A DNA stretch of 27,044 bases from Paramicrosporidium saccamoebae KSL3 (taxonomy: Eukaryota; Fungi; Cryptomycota), in contig MTSL01000186.1 of the NCBI GenBank assembly GCA_002794465.1, positions 54,576 to 81,619 of the forward strand, read 5' to 3'. The notes beneath the pieces were generated by a model. That model had not been told where the DNA came from and ran no database searches. It worked only from the letters and a program-made list of their open reading frames with translations. This document shows, piece by piece, positions 1-8,817 of the stretch (the first letter of the stretch is position 1; each line of letters starts with the position of its first letter). Position numbers and translations under genes: made by a program.

Positions 1-134
1 TCAGCAAAGCGATCCACTATAGCACACAAATACCCAACTAATCAATCCTCTACGTCACACTGGGGGATTCCAACAGAGGATCTTATTACTAACCTCACAT
101 TTACAAATAAACCAAATGAAACGACTCATACTAG

Positions 135-1082
135 TCAAAGCCCCATTTCGAGAATGTAACGATCGGCAGATTGTCGCCATGTATGCAGGATTTCTGTAAT
201 TTGATTTCCAATATGCTTCAAGGCACCATCAGAGGAGAGCTCGCTCCGCCTAGTTGCCAACCGTAGGACCTTGCCGATTTTCGTGTTTTTAATGTTCTCG
301 ATTGTGACTTTGTCTTTAGCTAGAACCTCTAATATTTTTTCGGCAATTGGAATCTCCACTTCCTGAGCAAATTAGCGAAAGCTGTCACTTTACCTTTAGA
401 TGCTCGCGGAGAAGTATTTTCTGAAGCTTGACTCTGCAATACAACACATGATCACGCGTAGCCAGCCCTTGGCCATCTTCATGCTGCACTCTTCTTGGAC
501 ATTTCAGAACCTTTATCGCACTAGATTTAGTCTCCTTTTCTGCAAGTGGTTTTTTTGGCGGTCGTCCTCTTTTCCTTTTGATGATTGCTACAAAGGGTCA
601 GTGACGCATGCATAACAGTACGACTATCGCTGCTATCCAGAACGGTGCTGGGGGAATCAACAACCTCCCTTGGCATTATCTCAAATCGGCGATACTTTTC
701 TGGGTCACGGGCTTCGACTAAAGCGTTTCTAAAACGAGTAGCTGTGCTTTTTCCGCTAAAGAGCTCCCAATTGGATTCGAATGGCCGGAGCGCGTCAACT
801 GGTACTAGTGAGCTAATTTTCATGTGACATAATATAAATAGGATACTAGTCATGCGAGCCAAAAAAGTAAACGGGGATAACACTTCCCGGTTTATATTGT
901 GTCCTGGCAATGTGCGCAAGCTCTTTGGGAGCGTCTTCTAGAGCTTTCACCTATCCATATAAGTAGGTCCACTAAAGTACTCTTCCAGGCCACCAAGGAT
1001 ATCCACGAAGTTTGGCCCATATTATAGTTTCTGCTTTCGTTATCTCGCCGATGGTATCAGCCGAAATTGATGGGTCGCTCAT
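135..1082 (-). CDS. PWWP + AT-hook + TFIIS-N-like domain chromatin protein (LEDGF/HDGFRP2-like architecture), 272 aa, 5 exons
   Basis: Hand-spliced exons 1082-981, 950-847, 812-622, 587-394, 362-135; GT-AG introns of 30, 34, 34, 31 nt keep the frame. Reads IWAKLRGYPWWPGR...VYFFGSHDYSLVPVDALRPF...FRNALVEA (PWWP), KRKRGRPPK (AT-hook), LYCRVKLQKILL...IKNTKIGKVLR...ILHTW (TFIIS N-terminal-like). Confidence 0.85.
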
Positions 1083-1470
1083 TGAGGTGGCCTATGAAAA
1101 TTGGCCGGGGAATTCCCGCCCTACCGCTGTACTAAATATACCATGATAGGGCAGGGATATTCTCTAAAGTCTCTATGTAGAGGTTTTGTATGATCCGCCG
1201 AATGCATTTGCGTACATAGTCTCCACTCCAACGCTGCTTCATAGAGTAAATCGACAGGCATGACGGATGCACAACTGCGAATCCACAGGCACTTGTTTAC
1301 ACAATACCAACTTCAGCCATCTCGTATGAATCATCCACCTCGATTCATACTAGAGACATGGGCGTGGTAGCTCTGTTGATGCCACTAGTACTGTGACGCC
1401 CGGCCGGTGCTATACAACATACGACCAGGGTTGGTAGTTTTTTGTCTTTGACACTTACAATAGTGACGCC

Positions 1471-1885
1471 ATGGCCCCTCAGGGTAAGAAGAACGTACCA
1501 TCCATCCCGCTTTCTCATCCGTATAGAAAAAGTCTACCGAGTCCATCAACTCGCGCCTTGCTCTCGTCATGAAGAGCGGAAAGTACAACCTTGGTGTCAA
1601 GTCGACCCTGAAGACTCTCCGTTCTGGAAAGGGTACTGTTGTGTCGTATAGCTTGGTTCTAATAGTGTAGCCAAGCTTGTCATTATCGCTGCCAACTGCC
1701 CTCCCCTTCGTCGCTCAGAAATTGAGTACTACGCCATGCTGGGACGCACTGCTGTCCATCATTACACGGGCAATAATATTGACTTGGGTACCGCTTGCGG
1801 TAAGTACTTCCGTGTTGGTGTCTTGAGCATCACCGATGCTGGTGACTCTGACATCACTCAGGAGATGGGTATTACCGAGGCCTGA
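1471..1885 (+). CDS. RPL30: 60S ribosomal protein eL30, 114 aa, 3 exons
   Basis: Exons 1471-1494, 1527-1632, 1671-1885 (introns 32, 38 nt) give [23 protein letters not shown]...[22 protein letters not shown]...[29 protein letters not shown]. Missed by the ORF track. Confidence 0.97.
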
Positions 1886-1975
1886 GCGCTAGAGTGCGTG
1901 TCCACAAAGTTTACATCATCTGTCCGTCTGTTCCAATAAAAATCTTATTGAGAGACTCGGCCAACGTTCAGTTGT

Positions 1976-2653
1976 TTATTGGGCGGCCTGCCTTATTTTT
2001 GGGAGCCATTGTTTCGGGAAGCTTAATCCAGCCTTTGGTCTTCGCTTCAGCGGCTTTAGTGTATCCGTATCAGTTGAAGCTAATAGAGTCTTGGCACGAA
2101 CAGTTTTGCATTCATCTACCAAATCCTTTAGAATCTCCAAGGCACGTTTCCGATTTTGTGCTTGGAATGGAAAATCATTCACGACAAAGGAGACGGAATC
2201 TGTTCGTTCGCTGTATCGGTCCTCCGACAACAACATTCGCAGCACTTGGCTTTCATCCGCAGTCAATCCGAGACTCTTGATGCGGACTCTAATGGTGACA
2301 GCTGCAGTAGTAGGATCGAATTGACGCTCGCATCCAGGCTCACCGGCAACGTATCTTGTCGTGATTCTAGCCGACTCTTTTGCATGAATGTTGGTGGGGA
2401 AGGACTTTGCAAAACCTTTCACGTTAGTACTTTATAAGGGTGTACTTTGAAGTTCTTCATGGTCTAATTTGTGCTGAGTTTGGAGACGCATTAAATGGAA
2501 TAGCTGTAGCCGACTGGCAATGCCTCCTGGGTTTTTGTATATCACATCTCCTGCTGCCGGTGTCTCCCCAACGTCACCTGATGGACGTATGGAATATAAA
2601 CGCAGCCCGTATGAAGGGCAAAAGCATGAGCTTTTAACAAAGAGGCGATTCAT
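1976..2653 (-). CDS. RSM24: Mitochondrial small-subunit ribosomal protein mS35 (Rsm24 family), 215 aa, 2 exons
   Basis: Exons 2653-2446 and 2415-1976; 30-nt intron with TACTAAC branch site. Presequence-like start MNRLFVKSS...RLYS; core SLGLTADESQVLRMLLSEDRYSERTDSVSFVVNDFPFQAQNRKRALEILKDLVDECK matches the Rsm24 pattern. Confidence 0.8.
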
Positions 2654-3151
2654 AAGCCCGAGAGTATACCTACGGCCCAGGGATGAAGGGCCGTTGTCGT
2701 AAATGTAAAAGGTATTGACGATTGTTATAACCACTGATTAGCTATAGATTTTCAGCAGAGGTTTTAATTTGTGGATACTGAAGGATCTTGCCGTGTACTG
2801 GAGCGTACTGAGGAGTAACGAGGAGAATCACCATGGGCACACTTTTTTGTTGGGCAGGAGGAAATTTGCTGACTCGTAGTTTGTGGGCTCGTACACATAG
2901 TACTAATTTGTGAACAGATCGAGTCACCACGTTACACATTTCCACCAAACCTCATACCAATCATTTCATCATCTTACGGAAAGAGTCCTTTCCGCGCGAT
3001 GCTTTGTCCATCTAATAAATCGGTTCAAGCAAACGGCATATTTTGCTTCAGAAAATACGTTTCCTAAAGATCACGTTTCATGTCCCAATACTTGCTCATA
3101 TTTCGAGCATACAAAATGGCATGACCAGGGTTTAGAACTTGAATTTCCAAG

Positions 3152-4121
3152 ATGGGGATGCTGAAACGCCGTCTTAAGCAGCAGGAAGATGGTGAAGACC
3201 ACATCGAAGACAACGAAATGTTTGAGGGAGAAGTGTTTGACGAGTCTTCCACTAGTGAGGAAGAAGATGCCGAATTTTCTGAGCAGGATACACCTACGGA
3301 AGAGTGTAGGCCCAACAAGAAAAAAGTCATGATTCTGGCCTCTCGTGGGGTGAACGCTAGACAGCGCCATCTGCTTGATGACTTGTGCTCTCTTATGCCT
3401 CATGCCAAAAAAGGCAAGCATTCTTTTCATAATTTTTCATTTCTTAGAGGGAAAATTTGACACAAAACGCGACTTGTTCGCCTTGAATGAGCTGGCAGAG
3501 CTCAATAGCTGTGATCACGTTTTGTTTTTCGAGTCGCGTAAGCCACAAGAGCTCTTTGTCTGGGCCTCCAAGAGCCCAAGTGGACCAAGCGTACGCTTCC
3601 ACGTCCAGAACATTCATACACTGGAGGAGCTGCATCTGACGGGAAACTGTATGAAAGGATCCCGTCCCATTCTTACATTTGATCCACATTTTGACGAGAC
3701 AAGCCACGGTCAGACAATTAAAGACCTGTTAAGTGCAGTCTTTGGCACCCCGAAGGATCACCGGAAGACGCGTCCTTTTGTAGACAGAGTCATGCATTTT
3801 GGCTGGGCTGACGATCGTGTCTGGATCCGTAATTATCAAATCAAAGAGGGATCCTCTGTTGAAGAGAGCGTTGAAGGACTTTCTTTAGAGGAGATAGGCC
3901 CGAGACTGGTCATGCATCCCATTAGAATTCTCGATGGAAGCTTTGTGGGGCGAACGAGTTGGCAGAATACCAACTATGTTCCCGCCGGGGCCGTTCGTGC
4001 CCAAGCTCGCATGGGAATGGCACTGAAGCACAAGCAGCGCAGCAGAAATCAAGAAGCTACTGCCTTCCGCAAGAAGAGTGCTGTTCTTCCCGACAATGAA
4101 TTAGATCATGTCTTTGATTAA
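3152..4121 (+). CDS. BRX1: Ribosome biogenesis Brix-domain protein Brx1, 311 aa, 2 exons
   Basis: Exons 3152-3413 and 3448-4121. Motifs ILASRGVNARQRHLLDDL, PHAKKEGKFDTK, LNELAELNSC, GPSVRFHVQNIHTLEELHLTGNCMKGSRPIL, LEEIGPRLVMHPIRILDGSF. Confidence 0.95.
3414..3447 (+). other. 34-nt GC-AG spliceosomal intron in BRX1
   Basis: AG|GCAAGC donor and TTCTTAG acceptor; no GT in the interval; removal restores the frame and the conserved PHxxKExKxDTK motif. Confidence 0.85.
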
Positions 4122-4390
4122 TAAAGCAACGAATGCGAGGGTTAGCATAAAAAGTCGTATTAACGGAACATGGATCTGTAAGGTGGCAAAATGATTAGCC
4201 GGATGATATGTGGTGGGCCAAGCATGGAAAAAGAGACGGGAAGCGGAGAGATTGACACTCTACCTATGCTTATAACCTTCCTCACTACGCGACAAGCGGA
4301 TATTATTTAGCAGAGCCTTTCTTACAATTCTCATGAGCATATCTACGGATCAACCAGCCCCAATAAAAGTCTGGACTTTACAATGAGAGT

Positions 4391-5085
4391 TCATGCTGAT
4401 TTCTTCTTACTTAATCCTAAAATGTACATTTCTGACGATTCCTTTCGGGACGCTTTGGGCTTCACCGTTACAACCTTGTTGAAAACTATGGAAAGAGCTT
4501 CATGCAAGTCTACGGATGTATAATGTGAGCCCTAATAGACATACCAGTGATCAGTCTCCCCTCGAACACTTTGGCCACAAAGTGACCTCCTGGACGTAAT
4601 GACAGTCTTGAGAATGCAAATGCGGATTTTACAAGCTCCATAGACCGAATGTGGTCCTGATCACCAATTCCGCTCAAGTTTGGTGACATGTCTCTATGCA
4701 TTATTTGGGGAACACTGTGGTACGACAAAACGACATCGACAGCTCTTCCACTACACATGTTCGATATGTGTTCCAAGCTCTGAGGAAGCGTGAAATCGCC
4801 TTGCACGAACTGCACGGCAGGGAGGGGGTCCATCTCCAGCATATCGATAGCTATCACTGAGCCATCTCGACTAATGCGCGACGATGCCACCTGACTCCAC
4901 CCTCCTGGAGTTGCTCCAAGGTCCACTACAAGGTTTGCGCCTTTGAATAGCGAAAACTTTTCGTCAATTTGTATTAGCTTGAATGCCGCCCTCGACCGGT
5001 AATTTGCATCCCGTGCTGCTCGTACATATGGATCCCTTGCCTGTCTTGTAAACCATTGACTTGATGACGAATAATGCCTCTGCAT
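4391..5085 (-). CDS. MRM2: FtsJ/RlmE rRNA 2'-O-methyltransferase, probably mitochondrial Mrm2, 209 aa, 3 exons
   Basis: Exons 5085-4724, 4693-4545, 4509-4391 (introns 30, 35 nt). DPYV..YRSRAAFKL, VDLGATPGGWSQV, VVLSDMSPN, FVAKVF, KPKASRKESSEMY contain the K-D-K-E tetrad; short length and the SSSQW..RQ..DPYV start favour Mrm2 over Spb1/Trm7. Confidence 0.85.
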
Positions 5086-5105
5086 GAAAATCTATAAAAT
5101 TTATT

Positions 5106-5732
5106 TTACAATGCGGTTCCTCTTTCGAGACTTTCACGGAGCTCTTCCGTGTATTCGTCATACGCTCTGGATGCCTTTTTGTTAAAGCGGGCGTTCCGTT
5201 CATTAATAAATGTAACCTCTTCTGTTTCATCGAACCGGCGCCTCCTCGAATGTTTTAGTCGTTGCTGTTGGTCTTTTACCACCTCTTGCGCCATAGCCTC
5301 GGCGGCTTCCTCTTTGCTGCGGCGCACAATAGCGTGAGTATCGAGTTTATCTGTGAGTTTCTCATACTTTCGACGGGTAAGCTGAGTAAAGTCTGTAAAA
5401 CCGGGATCCCGACGTGCCTCCTTAGCGGCAATCATTTCGTTCCACTGTCGAGTCTCCTCCACCGTATAAGTGAGGTTATTTTTCCGGTCCAAATCTATGC
5501 CCTCCTCTTTGGCAGCCTGCTTGGCCAGGTACTTGTGAGCTTTGGCCTGCTTGCGGAGGAGACGATTCTGGTTTCGTGGATCTCTACAGAGTTCGGCGTC
5601 TTCTATTTTCGTGCTAGCAAGATTTAGTGCAGCTGCCTCTTCACGTTTGTCCCGAAGCTCTTTGAAACGGGCTAGGCGTGCTTCTAGGGTTGAACTAGTG
5701 TTTAGGGATGAGCTCGGGTCGTCGCTCTTCAT
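5106..5732 (-). CDS. SYF2: Pre-mRNA splicing factor Syf2 (NTC component), 208 aa
   Basis: C-terminus VTFINERNARFNKKASRAYDEYTEELRESLERGTAL plus YTVEETRQWN and GFTDFTQLTRRKY are Syf2 family signatures. Confidence 0.93.
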   Translation of the reverse strand: MKSDDPSSSLNTSSTLEARLARFKELRDKREEAAALNLASTKIEDAELCRDPRNQNRLLRKQAKAHKYLAKQAAKEEGIDLDRKNNLTYTVEETRQWNEMIAAKEARRDPGFTDFTQLTRRKYEKLTDKLDTHAIVRRSKEEAAEAMAQEVVKDQQQRLKHSRRRRFDETEEVTFINERNARFNKKASRAYDEYTEELRESLERGTAL

Positions 5733-5764
5733 GAAGGGTGTGGGTAGGCTACCCCAGCACCATA
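5733..5764. promoter_or_regulatory. Putative 32-nt bidirectional promoter/initiator between divergent SYF2 and ApgM start codons
   Basis: Sequence GAAGGGTGTGGGTAGGCTACCCCAGCACCATA separates the two ATGs and contains the dyad GGGTAG-G-CTACCC (5742-5754). The function is inferred from position only. Confidence 0.5.
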
Positions 5765-7105
5765 ATGAAAATAGTCTTGGTGATCGTAGATGGGCTTGGG
5801 GACCTTCCTATACCTTCCAAAGGCCTGGGGACCGCATTGCAGTGTGCAGCCACACCCACATTAGATGCACTTTCTCATCGTGGGTGGACGGGAATAATGG
5901 ATCCGGTTGAGGCTGGACTTGCCTGCGGTTCCGATACTGCCCACCTCTCCATTTTTGGCTATCAACCAAAAGAGTAAGCTATAAAAAAGACCCTAAAACG
6001 GTAGAGTGTATCGAGGAAGAGGCGCATTTGAAACAATGGGGAATGGTGTTGCTATGAATCCAGGTGACATTGCCTTCAAGGTATATCATATTGGTCAAAG
6101 TATTTACAGTTGCAGTGTGTGTTCTCCTGCTGGAACGAAGAAACCGGGATTGTGACAAAGCGACGGCCTGAGCGTGACTTTGTGGAGCAGGCAAAAATGT
6201 TCTGTCAGTGTTTGTCCAGTGTAAACTTAATTCCGTCCTTTCCCCAACATCGGGCTGAAATTCACTATGCCAAGGAGCATCGTTGCGTCATCAAAATAAT
6301 TGGTCCTTCTCTAAGCGATGAGATTAGTGGAACCGATCCAACTAAAGATCCAATGCCGATTGTAATATGTGTCCCGTCAAGTAACTCTGATGACGCCATT
6401 TTGACTTGTCAAATTGTCAATGAGCTTCATATGAGCATTTGGAGAATCTTAAAAGCACATCCTGTAAATATTGATCGCCAGAAAAGAGGGGAACCGCCTG
6501 TTAACGTTTGTCTACTTCGTGGCTGTAGCATGGCTATAAATGTTCCGTCATTTGAAGCACAGCACGGCCTCAAGGCACTGCTCATAGCTCCAACACCCAT
6601 AATCGCCGGGATTGGAAAAACAGTTGGGTTGTCTTTATTGAAAGCGCCCGGTGCAACTGGGACATTGGACACGGACATGTTCAGCAAGGCCAAAGTTGCT
6701 ATGGATGCCCTATTTACCAACAGTTTTGACATGGCTGTGATTCACATTAAATGTGTCGACGACTGCGGCCATGATGGCGATGCCGAGGGAAAGATAAACG
6801 CTCTCCAACGGGTGGATGACATGGTAAAGTGGATACTGAATTACCCAGAGATAGAATCAGGAGAGCATATTATTGCGGTAACAGGTGACCATAGCACCCC
6901 TATCAATGTAAGCGACCATACATCTGAGCCGGTGCCCTTTGTGGTTTCCCTCACGAAAGGCAGCCTTAAAGGCCACCCAACTTTATTTGATGAAGTCTCT
7001 TGTTCCAGTGGAGTGCTGGGTCGCTTTGTCGGATCTTCAGTCATGACAATCCTCAAGAATCTGCGAACCAACTATCAGGCTCTCCAGAATCCACAACCTG
7101 ACTAA
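5765..7105 (+). CDS. apgM: 2,3-BPG-independent phosphoglycerate mutase, archaeal ApgM type, 424 aa, 3 exons
   Basis: Exons 5765-5973, 6005-6080, 6116-7105 (introns 31, 35 nt). MKIVLVIVDGLGD, ACGSDTAHLSIFGY, YRGRGAFE, PGDIAF, HIKCVDDCGHDG, VTGDHSTP, HTSEPVP: the catalytic Ser and metal ligands appear intact. Confidence 0.9.
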
Positions 7106-7361
7106 ATATGCCAACCAGCTATATAGATCGAATTATTGGAGGTTAGAAATAAAAATCCCTAATTGAAGGATTTTTGATCCATAGATCCTGTAACGTAGGG
7201 ACGTCAGGGCTCTTTTACCGTAGGAATTATTATCGCACATGCTTAACGAGAGTCGTTTTTGTGGGGTATAATGTCTTTTACAGGGCGAATTATTTCATCC
7301 GAGTCCGCTACAAGTAAAGATTATCATCTCTTGAACGCAAATGGGTCCACACGTATCACCA

Positions 7362-7460
7362 AACCCACATAACCCACAGAACTCATATAACTCACGTAAC
7401 CCACAGAACTCACATAACTCACAGAATCTATATAATCCACATAAACTACATAGCTCACAT
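7362..7460 (+). repeat. Degenerate 9-nt minisatellite, 11 units, consensus AAC(C/T)CACA(T/G)
   Basis: Units: aacccacat aacccacag aactcatat aactcacgt aacccacag aactcacat aactcacag aatctatat aatccacat aaactacat agctcacat. Confidence 0.9.
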
Positions 7461-7510
7461 ACATAACTATATTTTCATATAAACAAACTTTGCCAGAATC
7501 TGACGAGAAA

Positions 7511-8743
7511 TTACTGACAAATTGACCACAGAAACTCTTCTTTGCGCCGTTTAGACAGAATATCGCGCAGCTTTTCCTCTAAAGAGTCAACGTTTAGATT
7601 TAGGAAAATATCGGGAAACAACTTTCGATAGAGACGCAGATTCGATTGAACCTGTGCAGACGGTAGGGATGATACACTTTCTGGATCACTGGCCAGATCA
7701 TGCTTCCGATTCAACTCTGAATATACTACATGCCGTTCTTGCAACAGTGCAAATGACTTTTCTGGGAGTCGTACTTTCCGCAAGCGGCGGAATTTTACGG
7801 GGTCACATGGCACGGCCTCAACAACTGCCGAGAGTGTAATTTTGTTACTTCCATAAAGATCAATTTCCGAAAGCGACGGGAATAATCGGAAGAGTTCTAA
7901 AATTGCAGAGTCCTCCAACTTGTCCAAGTAGCACAGTTTAATACATTTCAGGCTCCTCGCAAATTTTGCATGCTTTGCCAGGTATCGAAGCGACTTTCCA
8001 CTGATACGAGTCCCGGATAGTCCCAGCGCTTGAATTCTGTCAAGTTTTATCAGATACCGGACTTCTTCGTCCTCAATCGACACACATGTAAGGTCAAGAA
8101 CAAGCAAGTCTTTAAATCCATGGAAGAGAGGAACCGTGCAATTGAATGCCGGATAGTGACCCGCCGTTACCAAGCCGATCTCGTTAACTTTTCCCCCATA
8201 GGAGGGACCCATCATAATACTCTGTAAATCGGGACAGCGGGAGTACAGCTTGAGTACAGCCGGCGATAACCTTCCCTCAGTTTCCAAGAGCTTGAATAAC
8301 GACAATGGAGAGGTGATTGTATCAGGAATATCAGCCAACTCAAGCTTGGTAATAATTCCATCTACTTCTGATCCATATATCCAAGCCGTTGCATTTTCAT
8401 TGGCCGGTTCTGTTTTAGGACGTTTCACAGTCTTTTTCACCCCCTCATTGTCATCCAGAGCGGACAAGATATTCACAGGCGCAGTCTTTTTAATGAAATC
8501 AGGAGCGCTGACGCTCTTGACCCCGCTCTGAGTGGCATTGTTAGGGGTGACGCGATTCGTGTCGCGAGACTGTAGAGGATGACGAGGACGCGGCTCTGTC
8601 AGCGGCACCTTTGCATGGAGGGTGGCGCTTTGAGAGAGCTTCTCATTCTCCTTGTCGACAAGTGAGTCGGGAGTGTTGGCCTGCCCAATCGCGGGGTTCG
8701 GCAGCATTGCGCGCAACTCGCCCCGGCCAGTACTTGATAGCAT
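7511..8743 (-). CDS. Uncharacterised leucine-rich-repeat (RNI-like) protein, 410 aa
   Basis: Disordered N-terminus followed by LxxLxL repeats (LLVLDLTCVSI, IQALGLSGTRI, LKCIKLCYLDKL, LSEIDLYGSNKI); no F-box recognised. Confidence 0.75.
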   Translation of the reverse strand: MLSSTGRGELRAMLPNPAIGQANTPDSLVDKENEKLSQSATLHAKVPLTEPRPRHPLQSRDTNRVTPNNATQSGVKSVSAPDFIKKTAPVNILSALDDNEGVKKTVKRPKTEPANENATAWIYGSEVDGIITKLELADIPDTITSPLSLFKLLETEGRLSPAVLKLYSRCPDLQSIMMGPSYGGKVNEIGLVTAGHYPAFNCTVPLFHGFKDLLVLDLTCVSIEDEEVRYLIKLDRIQALGLSGTRISGKSLRYLAKHAKFARSLKCIKLCYLDKLEDSAILELFRLFPSLSEIDLYGSNKITLSAVVEAVPCDPVKFRRLRKVRLPEKSFALLQERHVVYSELNRKHDLASDPESVSSLPSAQVQSNLRLYRKLFPDIFLNLNVDSLEEKLRDILSKRRKEEFLWSICQ

Positions 8744-8817
8744 TCGGATTCAAAGTGCTCTTCAGCTCTGAACACTGGCTTATTATATAATATTTATAAA
8801 CTCGGTGTGGGGTCCAC

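Noticed and set aside
1324-1350. 9-bp inverted repeat GTATGAATC/GATTCATAC upstream of RPL30
   Set aside because: Roughly one such hairpin is expected by chance in 27 kb; no other support.
2742-3150. Hidden small gene between RSM24 and BRX1 (ORFs 2742-2948, 2910-3164)
   Set aside because: The splice combinations I tried on both strands gave no recognisable protein; treated as a divergent promoter, though a micro-exon gene cannot be excluded.
3375-3460. BRX1 as a frameshifted pseudogene
   Set aside because: A 34-nt GC-AG intron restores the frame and the conserved motif exactly.
5765-7105. ApgM as bacterial/archaeal contamination or very recent transfer
   Set aside because: It has two host-type micro-introns and is tightly embedded between eukaryotic genes.
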